Source of the DNA: Candidatus Latescibacterota bacterium
GTDB lineage: Bacteria; Latescibacterota; UBA2968; GCA-2709665
Assembly (NCBI GenBank): GCA_963667175.2
Contig: CAXXXF010000003.1
Location: forward strand, 288,001-352,000
Length of the DNA stretch: 64,000 bases
Direction: 5' to 3'
Shown here in pieces: positions 36,672-46,022 of the stretch; position 1 is the first letter of the stretch, and each line of letters starts with the position of its first letter. Position numbers and translations under genes: made by a program. The notes beneath the pieces are model-generated. The model was not told where the DNA came from and did no database searches. It saw only the letters and a program-made list of their open reading frames with translations.

Positions 36672-37685
36672 TCAGGTTTCCTCGAACCGCGCCAGCAGTT
36701 CGGCCGCCCGTTCCCGCATCGCCGGGTCGTTGTGCCTCGCGATGATGCGCTGAAGGGCGGAGACCGCCGTCTCGTCCCCCCGTTCGGCCATGTCGAAGGC
36801 CATCCGGTCCCGCTTGTCGTGGTACCTGTTGTCGTACTCCACGACTTCCAGGTCGTATTTCTCCCAGTAGTACTTCAGCGATTCGTCTTCCCAGCCTCGA
36901 TAGATGTTCTCCCAGGTGTTCGGCTGGCTGTGGGGAAGTATGCTCCCCGGCGCGATGGGATCGCTGATCCTCTGATACCGCGCGTCGATGGACATGCGAA
37001 GCCGGTCGGAGTGGTTCGGCAGGCCCTTGTGAACCAGCATGCTGTGGAAGAAGAGGACGTCGCCCTGTTCGAACGGACTGCTGACCCAGGCGCCTTCGAG
37101 CGGATCGGTGACCTTGATCCCTCCCGCGCCCAGGGCCGGCTTGAAGTCGTACACGCCCCGGCGATGGGAACCGGCCGCCACCTGAAGGCCGCCCATCTCG
37201 AACGGCAGGTCGCTGAGCGGAATCCACGCGGTGTACGTTTCAGCCGTCCCCTGGATGGGGATGAAGTCCTGGTGCGGTGGAGTCGTATAGGCCTCCCGTT
37301 GCGGAAAGATGGTCCTCGCGATGATTCGCGGATGGGGCAGAACCGGTTCGCCGGTCATCCGTTCGAGCAGCCGTACGACGTTCGGATGGTGCTGGAGGGC
37401 GTGAAAGGCCGGTATACTGTACATATTGGCGTAGACGTCCATGTAGTCCGGCTCGGGCTCGACGCAGAAGCCGTTTAGGTTCGCGACGGCCTCTTCCGTC
37501 GGCGTGTCTTTTTGTACCCATCCGGCTTCCAGCGCGATCTCCAGAAACGCCCGACGCAGTGCTTCCAGATCCTCTCCGGGCAACAGACTTCGGATGAAGA
37601 GGTATCCGTCCTCCTGCATTCGTTCTCTCAACAGACGTCCGTCGCCCGCTATATCCGTCGAATCTGCAAATGCATTCAAGGCCAA
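36672..37685 (-). CDS. PhyH-family dioxygenase
   Basis: aaggagg RBS with TTG start (37685 or 37679). TPPHQD, AWIPL, GGLQVAAGSH, GDVLFFHSMLVH, RMSIDARY. Confidence 0.88.
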   Translation of the reverse strand: MALNAFADSTDIAGDGRLLRERMQEDGYLFIRSLLPGEDLEALRRAFLEIALEAGWVQKDTPTEEAVANLNGFCVEPEPDYMDVYANMYSIPAFHALQHHPNVVRLLERMTGEPVLPHPRIIARTIFPQREAYTTPPHQDFIPIQGTAETYTAWIPLSDLPFEMGGLQVAAGSHRRGVYDFKPALGAGGIKVTDPLEGAWVSSPFEQGDVLFFHSMLVHKGLPNHSDRLRMSIDARYQRISDPIAPGSILPHSQPNTWENIYRGWEDESLKYYWEKYDLEVVEYDNRYHDKRDRMAFDMAERGDETAVSALQRIIARHNDPAMRERAAELLARFEET

Positions 37686-37822
37686 CCCTCCTTGTCAGGC
37701 GCGTGTGAAACGCAGCAACCCGTTCGGCCGGTTTTGCGTATTGCGAACGGATTGGCTATATTTGTGCGACCCTGCAGAGCGGCTTTTTCAACGGGCTTTG
37801 ACCCCAACCTCAGGAATACGAT

Positions 37823-38575
37823 ATGGCGAAAGAGAAATTCGAAGGCGTCTGGCGACCCGATATGCTGGACCGGTTTTCGATGAATCCCAACGTCATGGTT
37901 GCCGACCTGGACCGGGAACGGCTGGACCTTCTCCTGACGTACGTATCTGAAACCGGCCGCAGCGAATCCCTTTCCGCGTTCATATCGGGGGTTGTGGATC
38001 GCCACCCCAAATATCTGCGCGTGAAAGAGCTGTTCGAGACCTTCGAGGCGTACAGGCGCATCGGCCAGGCCGTCTACGAACAGTGGCGCGAGGGTAACGT
38101 GGACACGGTTTTCGACTTCGCGTGCGGGCACGGACTTCTGGGCATCCTGCTGGCCTGGCGGTTTCGGAAACTGCGCGTGGTCTGCGTGGACCTGGAACGC
38201 CGGCCGGCATTCGGACACTACCTCGAAATCCTGCGCGAACAGGCCGCGCCCCTCGCGAACGTCACGTATATTGAAAGCGATTTCAAGGACGTGGAGCTGA
38301 GCCCGCGGTCCTACGTCATCTGCATTCACGCCTGCAACGAAGGCACCCGGGATGCCCTGGATATGGCTGGCGCCGCGAACGCGGGTTTCGCGGCCATGCC
38401 ATGCTGCATCCGGGACCGTCTCTACCTCCGCCGCATCAACCACCTGGACGACGACGCGCGATACAACGCGGCCGTGGGGGTGATCGCCGGCCGGTACGGG
38501 GCCTACAAGATCACGGCGATCGACCGAAGGATCACCAACCGCAACCTCATTGTCCTCGGCGCGTCCGCGTCCTGA
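37823..38575 (+). CDS. SAM-dependent methyltransferase (Methyltransf_32-like)
   Basis: VFDFACGHGLLG, IHAC, MPCC motifs. Confidence 0.8.
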   Translation: MAKEKFEGVWRPDMLDRFSMNPNVMVADLDRERLDLLLTYVSETGRSESLSAFISGVVDRHPKYLRVKELFETFEAYRRIGQAVYEQWREGNVDTVFDFACGHGLLGILLAWRFRKLRVVCVDLERRPAFGHYLEILREQAAPLANVTYIESDFKDVELSPRSYVICIHACNEGTRDALDMAGAANAGFAAMPCCIRDRLYLRRINHLDDDARYNAAVGVIAGRYGAYKITAIDRRITNRNLIVLGASAS

Positions 38576-38656
38576 CTCTCCAATCGGGCGGTTGTCACTT
38601 CCCTCCGTGCGGATCAGACCCCTCGCGGCGCTTCGATCTTCTCCGGATGCGTTCCG

Positions 38657-39661
38657 TCACCACCGATAGTCGGGCTCTCCGGCCTCGTAGGCGGCGGCCG
38701 AAGCCATCATCGAGTCCAGGTCTCCCTTTGGACGATATCCGATCAGCGTCTTTGCTTTCGTGACGTCGTGATCGTACATCCAGCGCACCGGGAGCGTTAC
38801 CTCCAGGGGTTCCCGCCCCCTGATTTCCCCCAGCACCCGGGCGCCTTCGGGGTACGTAAAGGGGGCCGGGGCGCCGCCGTTGAACGACTCGCCGACCGCA
38901 TCCGGAGACCGTAGCGCGCACACCATGCAATGCGCGATATCCCGCGCGTCGTTCGGCTGATAGTACCAGGGCCGCCCCGCGTCGTCCCTGACCGCGCACG
39001 GCTGGTCGCTACTTGCGGCCCGCGCCTCGATCTCGTGCCACAGTTCGGTTCCGTCGGCCATGTACAGTTCCGTACCCGGCCCCGTCTGTCCCGCCTTCAA
39101 TATCGCGCATACCCGTCCAACCGTGAACTGATCGAAAATCGAACTGCCGGACAGCACGTGGCTGGGCCGTACGATGGAAATCCGCAGCCCGGTCTCGCGG
39201 GACACACGCTCGGCCATCAGTTCCCCGATATACTTGGAGAGGGAATACTCGTTATCGGGCCGTTTGGGGTGCAACTCGTCGACGGGATGATACGCGCAGG
39301 CAATGTTCTCGCCGTTGTTCGGAAAAACGCCCGATGAACTCACGTAGACGTACCGCTCCAGGCTGTCAGCGAACTGCCCGCAAGCCCGCGACACCTCGAG
39401 GTTGATCTGCGTATTGGTCTCGAAATGAGGTCCCACCAGGTTGGCCGTGTGGATCACGGCATCCGACCCCGAGACCGCGTTCCTGGCAAATTCCCCGTCG
39501 GTCAGGTCCCCGCCCACAATTTCCACGTCGAGGCCGTCCAGCCGGTTCAGAAAGGGATCGTCCGGCAATACGGCGCCACGGACTTCGTGGTTAAGATCCA
39601 GAAGCTGTCGGACCAACCGGCATCCCACCTGACCCGCCGCGCCTGTCACCAGAACTTTCAT
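38657..39661 (-). CDS. NAD-dependent epimerase/dehydratase
   Basis: MKVLVTGAAGQVG, VIHTA, YSLSK. Confidence 0.88.
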   Translation of the reverse strand: MKVLVTGAAGQVGCRLVRQLLDLNHEVRGAVLPDDPFLNRLDGLDVEIVGGDLTDGEFARNAVSGSDAVIHTANLVGPHFETNTQINLEVSRACGQFADSLERYVYVSSSGVFPNNGENIACAYHPVDELHPKRPDNEYSLSKYIGELMAERVSRETGLRISIVRPSHVLSGSSIFDQFTVGRVCAILKAGQTGPGTELYMADGTELWHEIEARAASSDQPCAVRDDAGRPWYYQPNDARDIAHCMVCALRSPDAVGESFNGGAPAPFTYPEGARVLGEIRGREPLEVTLPVRWMYDHDVTKAKTLIGYRPKGDLDSMMASAAAYEAGEPDYRW

Positions 39662-39878
39662 TGAGATCCTCCTGACCGCGCAAAGGCGATTCATCCTTCA
39701 GCCGCGCGGAAAACGCCACCCTGCAGTCGTAGGGCAGGATGTACGGTCACCAATATAGCGCCCGTCGTTACCGTCCGCAACATCCGCGCTAATGCAAAGT
39801 GATTGCGGGATGGTCCTTCCGCGAACAACAACCCCCAACTCTGCAATCGGACGGAGAGATGGTAGATCAGATAAGCTC

Positions 39879-40012
39879 CGCAGACCTACCCCCTATCCCC
39901 CTTCCCGGGGGGAAGGGGGAACTGTGATCCGCTCAGGGTCTCCCGGTTTTCACCCCCTTTCCCTCCGGGAGAGGGGGCCTGCCTGCCGGCAGGCAGGCCG
40001 GGGGGAGAGGTC
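39879..40012. repeat. Composite C/G-rich palindromic repeat containing the 24-bp palindrome at 39976-39999
   Basis: Related in inverted orientation to 3978-4025, 9001-9040 and 29798-29865. Confidence 0.8.
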
Positions 40013-40327
40013 CCGCCTGTATCGCTGATACATTTCGCCGGGCCATGCCGATATCCCGTGGACGCGGTGTAATCGTCTACCGTCTCACCGTCTTTCGCGT
40101 GTTTCCGGGTTCCCTTTGTGTCTCCGTGTGAGCTGATTTTCGCTTCCAGATGAAAACTCACCGCTGCTCTTCGTGCGCGCCGGCTGTTCTATTGGAAACC
40201 GTCCGTTCGATTTGGTAAATTGGCTGGACGCCATACACAGGGTTAGATTGCAAGAGTTCGATTGATCGATTCCAATATACCCCAGCCGTGCGGCCTCGCA
40301 ACCCCACGCCCTCCCGGAGCGCAGCCC

Positions 40328-41398
40328 ATGTCGACCGCCGTCCGTTTCCGCGCCGCGCACATGCACGCCGTGTCCCGAAACCTGCTGATGGCTGCCGGCG
40401 CCCCCCGCCACGTTGCGGATACCGTCTCCGAAATCCTGGTCAACTCCAACCTTTCCGGCCACGATTCCCACGGAATCCTCCGCATCCCAACCTATCTGGA
40501 CGGCATTGACGGCGGCGCCATCGTACCCGCCGCCGAACCCGAGGTCGTCCGCAAGGGTACGAGTACGCTGACTGTCGACGGACACAGCGGGATGGGCATC
40601 TACACCGCGCGAAGAGCCATCGATCTGGCCATCGATCATGCAGCGGGATCGGGGGTGTGCTGCATCAGTTTCAGGCGCGTGGGCCACTTCGGCCGGCTCG
40701 GCGAGTACGCGGAGATCGCCGCTCGCGCCGGCTGTATTGCCATCATCACCATCGGCGTGGGGACCGTGGACGCCGTCGCGCCCTATGGCGCAACGCGGGG
40801 CCCTTTAGGCACCAACCCCATTGCCGTCGGCGTGCCCACCGGCGACGCGGCCCCATTCATCCTGGACATCGCTACCAGCATCGTGGCCGAAGGCAAGCTC
40901 CAGGTTGCGCGGGCCGAGAACGCGTCCATCCCCGAGGGATCTATCCTGGACAAGCACGGCAACCCGAGTACCGATCCGATGGATTTCTACGACGGCGGAT
41001 ACCTCCTGCCGTTCGGGGCGCACAAGGGCTCCGGCCTTCTGCTGCTGACCTGCCTGCTGAGCGGACTGTCGGGGGTTCCGGAAGTGGAAGAGGGCACCCT
41101 CTCGGGCGCCTACATGCAGGTGCTCCACGTCAGCGCGTTCACGCCTCTCGAGCCCTATCAGCGCGGGATTCGCGCCTTCCTGGATAACATCAAGGCCATC
41201 CCCCCGGCGCCCGGATTCGACGAGGTACTCGTGCCGGGAGACTTCGAACACCGCACCCGCGAGAAGCGCCTGCGCGAGGGATTCGACGTTCCGGCGTCAA
41301 TCGTGGCTGCGTTGCAAGAACGCGCCGACCGGATGAACGTGTCGACGTCGGAAGACGTCATCGAATCCGGCGATGAGGAGAGGTACATGAGGCGGTGA
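40328..41398 (+). CDS. Ldh_2 family oxidoreductase (second copy)
   Basis: NLSGHDSHG, GHFGRLGEY, LGTNPIA, LDIATS, PFGAHKGSGL, VLVPG. Confidence 0.9.
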   Translation: MSTAVRFRAAHMHAVSRNLLMAAGAPRHVADTVSEILVNSNLSGHDSHGILRIPTYLDGIDGGAIVPAAEPEVVRKGTSTLTVDGHSGMGIYTARRAIDLAIDHAAGSGVCCISFRRVGHFGRLGEYAEIAARAGCIAIITIGVGTVDAVAPYGATRGPLGTNPIAVGVPTGDAAPFILDIATSIVAEGKLQVARAENASIPEGSILDKHGNPSTDPMDFYDGGYLLPFGAHKGSGLLLLTCLLSGLSGVPEVEEGTLSGAYMQVLHVSAFTPLEPYQRGIRAFLDNIKAIPPAPGFDEVLVPGDFEHRTREKRLREGFDVPASIVAALQERADRMNVSTSEDVIESGDEERYMRR

Positions 41399-41496
41399 GA
41401 GGGTAGACGTTAGACGGTAGATGACATCTTTGCCCGACTGATTTCTCCTTGATGTCGCCGGCACGAAATGAAAACTCACGGGGCGGACAATCTCTC

Positions 41497-41543
41497 CGCT
41501 CCCCCTCTCCCCCCGGGAGAGGGGGCCGGGGGGAGAGGTCTGC
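41497..41543. repeat. C/G-rich REP-like repeat lacking the palindromic insert (empty-site copy)
   Basis: ccccctctccccccgggagagggggccgggggagaggtctgcg. Confidence 0.75.
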
Positions 41544-41832
41544 GCCTGTCGCCGATAACTCTCGCTGTGCCCTATCGTCGTCCTGTGTACGCGGGATGCT
41601 GTCTCACGTCTCCGGTCTACCCGCCTTTAGCTCTTTCTCTGCCTTTCCTTTGTGTCTTTGTGTCTCCGTGTGAGCTGATTTTCGTTTCAAGCCGATAGCC
41701 TATTGCAGTTTTGGCCAAAAATATACAATAAAAGTATAATATTTATATTGAAAATATATTATAATAATATATATTCTATTAGACTTCACTGGCTGATAGA
41801 AAAAATAGCCGCAAGATGGGTGGATGCTGTCA

Positions 41833-42102
41833 ATGGAGTTCGAATTTGACGAGGTGAAGAGCAGGCGCAACATGGAAAAACACGGCATCGATTTCGCGGA
41901 AGCCCAGCGGATCCGGGAGGATTCCGGCCTGATCGAGATTCCCGCCCGGGTCGAAGACGAACCCATGTTTCTGGTGATTGGCAGACTTCGGGGAACACAC
42001 TGGTCCGGCATCGTGACGTGTCGCGCGGAGAAGGTCCGGATCATATCCGCACGCCGGGCCCGGAAGGAGGAGATCGAAATCTATGAGAGCGAAAGAACTT
42101 GA
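41833..42102 (+). CDS. brnT: BrnT family toxin
   Basis: MEFEFDEVKSRRNMEKHGIDF...RIISARRA; overlaps the antitoxin start. Confidence 0.88.
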   Translation: MEFEFDEVKSRRNMEKHGIDFAEAQRIREDSGLIEIPARVEDEPMFLVIGRLRGTHWSGIVTCRAEKVRIISARRARKEEIEIYESERT

Positions 42103-42310
42103 AGAAAGGTTCGACAGCGGCGAAGACATCACGAGATTCCTGGAACTTGATCGGGCGAGACGACCGGCTCAGGAACCGAAGCGGGTGAACGTCGATTTTC
42201 CGCTATGGATGGTTCATTCTCTGGATCGGGAAGCCGGGCGTCTGGGTGTCACGCGGCAGTCCGTCATCAAATTCTGGATCGCCGAAAAACTGAAGCTGGT
42301 GTCTTCCTGA
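42083..42310 (+). CDS. brnA: BrnA/CopG-type (RHH) antitoxin
   Basis: FDSGEDI...KRVNVDFPLWMVHSLDREAGRLGVTRQSVIKFWIAE. Confidence 0.88.
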   Translation: MRAKELEERFDSGEDITRFLELDRARRPAQEPKRVNVDFPLWMVHSLDREAGRLGVTRQSVIKFWIAEKLKLVSS

Positions 42311-42342
42311 AGCGGCGTAAAGTCCAAATGAACCAATGGGCG

Positions 42343-42384
42343 CACAAAAACCGGGGGAGGAAGACTCCGCCCCCGGTTTTTGTG
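42343..42384. terminator. Bidirectional intrinsic terminator
   Basis: cacaaaaaccggggg...cccccggtttttgtg between convergent genes. Confidence 0.75.
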
Positions 42385-42400
42385 TTTTTCCGTGCCGTAC

Positions 42401-42994
42401 CTATACGTGCGGGCCGCGTTCCCGGATGATCCTCAGCGCCAGGTCCGGATCGATCTGCACGATCATCTCCGGTTCGATCTTGCAGTGGCCCGGCAGGTCG
42501 AAGCCCGCCACCGCGCTCCGGGCGTGCCATCCTGAGAGCGAGGCGTCCATCCCGTCTTCCCCGAACCGCGACCCCGGCCCGCCGAACACGTCGTGAAAGA
42601 CCGTGCTGTACCCGTCCACGACCTGGGGCGACTTGGAGAACGATCCTCCTCCGGCGGAATTCACCATCCCGATGCATTTTACGCAATACCACACGTCGTT
42701 GAGCGTGCCGTACGGGTCCAACGCCCAATGCAGCGTCACGACGTGTGAAATACCCGCCTCCCGGCCGGCCTCGTACCCGGCTTCCACGTCCGCGTCGTCG
42801 TTGGTGACCGCGCCCACGCCGCCTCCGGTGCCCGATGTGAACACCAGCCCGGAAGGCGTAAACGTGGCCATGCAGATCCGCCTTCCCTGGGGCGCCGGAC
42901 ACGCGTCCTCCCTGGACCCCAGATCGATCCCCAATTCCTTCAGCCGGTCGTAAACGTCGAAATCCCGATGCCACGAACTGTGCAATTCCGCCAT
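42401..42994 (-). CDS. RidA/YjgF (Atu1372-like) family protein
   Basis: GLVFTSG, VKCIGMVNS, PQVVDGYS, GWHARSAV, IEPEMIV. Confidence 0.78.
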   Translation of the reverse strand: MAELHSSWHRDFDVYDRLKELGIDLGSREDACPAPQGRRICMATFTPSGLVFTSGTGGGVGAVTNDDADVEAGYEAGREAGISHVVTLHWALDPYGTLNDVWYCVKCIGMVNSAGGGSFSKSPQVVDGYSTVFHDVFGGPGSRFGEDGMDASLSGWHARSAVAGFDLPGHCKIEPEMIVQIDPDLALRIIRERGPHV

Positions 42995-43140
42995 GTGCTC
43001 TCCTCTGTGTGAGTTTGCGTTTGAAAGTGACCATCCAAAATAAAGCGTTCGATCGCAATGTCAAGCCCGGATGACGACACGAACTCGCGGATCGCTCCGG
43101 GAAGGAAGCTCGCAGAATCCGTCCTTTCTTCCCGTTCCCG

Positions 43141-44211
43141 CTACCAGATCGTAGCGGCGATATACCGTTCCCCGTCGGGCTCGTCGTCGTAATAATAGGC
43201 CGAGACGACCCTTCCGTCGGGCCGTTCCACCGACCGCGGATAGCCGACGTCGTGGTCCCCGGCGTCGTCCCTCAGAACCACCGGATCGGACCACGTCGCG
43301 CCCTCGTCTTCGCTCAACACCGCCCGCAGCCCCGACGGCGGGTCGCGGTACCCGTAGACCAGGCGCAGGCGTCCGTCACCGGGCAGCACCATCGCGGGCG
43401 GATTGCCGCCGGCGCCGGTTTCCGCGACCGGCCGGTTCATATACCGCCAGTTCGCGCCGTTGTCGTCCGAACAGTACAGGTCGATCCAGTTGCCGGCCCT
43501 GCCCTCACCGCCGCCGCGGCGCCGCACGGCGACCAGGATGCGGCCGCCGGGAAGTCTCGCGCTGGCGGGCATGATGGCGAATCCATCGGGTTCCTCTCCG
43601 ATCCAGGACAGGAACTCGAACGTCCTCCCGCCGTCGGTGGTGCGCGCGCAGAACACCCTGCCCTCGCGTCCGTTTGACTTTGCCGACGTCAGGAATAACG
43701 TGCAGGTGTCCTTTCCATCCAGCAGATAGTCCGTCCGAGCCGCGATGCCCCGCAGTCCGAACATGGGCAGACCGAACGGTCCGTCCCAGGAGCGGCAACG
43801 GTCGGTCGACGTGTAGAACCACGACCGGGCGCCCTCGGAGAGACCGGTCCGGGCGCACATCAGCGCAAAGTCCGGGTGGCTGAAATCGATTCCGCCCGCG
43901 CGCCCCACGGGCAGGGCGGCCGCCACTGCGATCTCCAGCGAGCGATTCACGTGCTCGTTTGCCGAAACCCCCTTGCCTTCCGGAGAGGCGATCGGTATCG
44001 GTTCGACCGTCCAGTTGAGACCGCCGTCGAGACTGCGCGCCTGCATGGTTTCGAACGGCCGGTCCCTGTCCCGCCGGTGAAATCCGCCGTCCGACTTGTG
44101 ATACCCGAGTGTGAATCCTACGACGATCTCGTCTCCCCAAGACCAGATCCCGTAATTGGCCGGCCATCCGGCGTATCGCCCCTTCTTTCTGTAGATGACG
44201 ACGTGTTCCAT
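43141..44211 (-). CDS. Sialidase-like (BNR/Asp-box) beta-propeller protein
   Basis: Asp boxes SLDGGLNW, STDRCRSW, TTDGGRTF, SDDNGANW, SEDEGATW; DVGYP. Confidence 0.85.
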   Translation of the reverse strand: MEHVVIYRKKGRYAGWPANYGIWSWGDEIVVGFTLGYHKSDGGFHRRDRDRPFETMQARSLDGGLNWTVEPIPIASPEGKGVSANEHVNRSLEIAVAAALPVGRAGGIDFSHPDFALMCARTGLSEGARSWFYTSTDRCRSWDGPFGLPMFGLRGIAARTDYLLDGKDTCTLFLTSAKSNGREGRVFCARTTDGGRTFEFLSWIGEEPDGFAIMPASARLPGGRILVAVRRRGGGEGRAGNWIDLYCSDDNGANWRYMNRPVAETGAGGNPPAMVLPGDGRLRLVYGYRDPPSGLRAVLSEDEGATWSDPVVLRDDAGDHDVGYPRSVERPDGRVVSAYYYDDEPDGERYIAATIW

Positions 44212-44263
44212 GATTCGCCTCCAGTTGTTAACCTGAATCCAAATGGAGATGTCAACGAAACGG

Positions 44264-44854
44264 CTACGGTGAATATGCGGGCGTGACCTCGATTCGATGG
44301 CTGCACGGACCGCAAGTGATCAAAAGCTCTACCAGTACATTTGGTATTCGATTCTGCGTTCCGCAGCGCGTGCATTCAATTAGACGTGGCTCTAAAGGTT
44401 GTGCCAGGAATCCCGCACGAGGTGTCTTTCCAAGAGGGATCGGACACATGCTCGCGGCGGAGTCCATCGCACGCACTATTTCAGGTAAAGTCGCCTGGAA
44501 GAATTCTTTGTTGGGATTGACGCGGTATTTTGCCAAAGTATGATGCGTACGTCCTTCAGCAAGGTCGCGGTCTGCCACGTGGACGAAGTAAACCAACTGA
44601 AACTCGCGGTATACCGAAGTCGATGCACTCAATTCTGATACCCGTTCGAAAGGCGGACGCGACGACTGGCCGATCTTGTAGACGGAATCAACAAACGATT
44701 TGTTTCGGCACGCGTATATCCAGCCAACACGTTTGTACTCGCGCCGCCTTCTGTCCAGTGAGGCGATCGCAGCGAAACTCTGATTGATCGGATTATCCAG
44801 AACCACTTTTGTCGTCTGTTCCCGTCCGCCTTGTGCGCCGTGACCGGCGGACAA
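44264..44854 (-). CDS. T5orf172/GIY-YIG domain protein with C-terminal Zn-ribbon (start uncertain)
   Basis: GWIYACRN...YKIGQS.RPPFERVSELS.STSV...AE...H..L..YRVNPNKEFF; CxxC...CxxC. Confidence 0.8.
   Translation of the reverse strand: MSAGHGAQGGREQTTKVVLDNPINQSFAAIASLDRRRREYKRVGWIYACRNKSFVDSVYKIGQSSRPPFERVSELSASTSVYREFQLVYFVHVADRDLAEGRTHHTLAKYRVNPNKEFFQATLPEIVRAMDSAASMCPIPLGKTPRAGFLAQPLEPRLIECTRCGTQNRIPNVLVELLITCGPCSHRIEVTPAYSP
44825..44850. repeat. 26-bp direct repeat, copy 1
   Basis: tccgccttgtgcgccgtgaccggcgg, identical at 45918-45943. Confidence 0.85.
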
Positions 44855-44934
44855 TGACGCGACGGTATATACAGATGATGCCTCAGCCTATAGTGGAATT
44901 CAAGGCGTGAGGCATCGCGCTGTGAAACACCTAA

Positions 44935-45094
44935 CAGCCCGTTGAAAAAGTCCATCCGGGCTGTGTCCGGCCCTTGTGACCGAACTACGGCGTTGCGCTC
45001 CCTCCCCGAATCCAGGGATTCGCGTCGGTCGCGCGCCTTGTCTTCGGCCACAATGACTCGGCCTCGCCTGCAGAGCGACTTTTTCAACGGACTG
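44935..45094. mobile_element. MITE copy 1 (160 bp), IS5/IS1182-like ends
   Basis: TIRs cagcccgttgaaaaagtc / gactttttcaacggactg (17/18); flanked by CTAA direct repeats at 44931-44934 and 45095-45098. Confidence 0.85.
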
Positions 45095-45321
45095 CTAAAC
45101 GGGGAGTTCGCGAAGGATCAATCCTTTGCGAACGTTATCCATTCATTCCTGGCGTTACTGAAACGCGGATACTGAGGAACGTATCACGAGATGAGCGTGC
45201 AACACCTGAAACGCGATATCAGCGAATCCCGTGTACGCCATATCGCCCGAAATTACTACACTGCCAAACAAACGGGGATGGTTGGAGTGCGGCCGAGGTA
45301 TATTGAATTGGTAGGGTAATG

Positions 45322-45480
45322 TCAGACGTTTTGGGAGACTCTTTGCAGGAATGATACCACGGGCTCAAGAATATTGCCCTTGCTTTGAGAAAAACGCCTA
45401 TCAGATTCCCGAAGGGCCTTGACGTAATCGTCCCGATGGTCGCGGATAAGCTGGGGCAATGAACCTTCATATCTAATCAT
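45322..45480 (-). pseudogene. Probable internally deleted Fic-family gene remnant
   Basis: ATG overlaps the upstream stop. MIRYE-GSLPQLIRDHRDDYVKALRESD resembles Fic C-terminal helices; no HPFxxGNGR motif. Confidence 0.45.
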
Positions 45481-45679
45481 TCTCGTCCAGAAGCTCTTTA
45501 ACATCCTCCATGGACAGATTCAAGCGCGCCGGAAGATTCCCATACACAAAGGCAATACGCTGCTGACGCTTCTGTTCCTTGGTGCGATGCAAGGAATAGG
45601 TCTCCCCTGTATCAGAATCGGGCACATCGTACTTTTGGGCGTCTTTCCACACGTCAATACATTTCTTTTGATTCGTCAC
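45473..45679 (-). CDS. Small hypothetical protein (possible antitoxin)
   Basis: gggag RBS + GTG. EQKRQQRIAFVYGNLP...SMEDVKELL; coupled to the downstream remnant. Confidence 0.6.
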   Translation of the reverse strand: MTNQKKCIDVWKDAQKYDVPDSDTGETYSLHRTKEQKRQQRIAFVYGNLPARLNLSMEDVKELLDEND

Positions 45680-45917
45680 GATGAACTCCCGCTATCTGTC
45701 CTGTCGCTTTTTTGCTCACTTACCGCCATTGCAAAACCCGCATCATCATCCCTCGTTACGGTTGACGTCTAACGAAATTTAACGAATGAGTACTGAAAAG
45801 ACAACCGCGAATTGTCGGTTCTTTACTACATTATGTAACAAACTGCAGGGGAGATCGCCCCCGATTGCTCTGGTATATAGTTCCCGCAATAATAGGGTCA
45901 ACTCCAACCCGCGCACT

Positions 45918-45943
45918 TCCGCCTTGTGCGCCGTGACCGGCGG
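45918..45943. repeat. 26-bp direct repeat, copy 2
   Basis: Identical to 44825-44850. Confidence 0.85.
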
Positions 45944-46022
45944 CATTATTCTATAGCGGACGCGGCATACAGATTTCCACGCCCGTCGCGTCCGGACCCC
46001 ATCAAAGAGAAAGGACTCCTCG

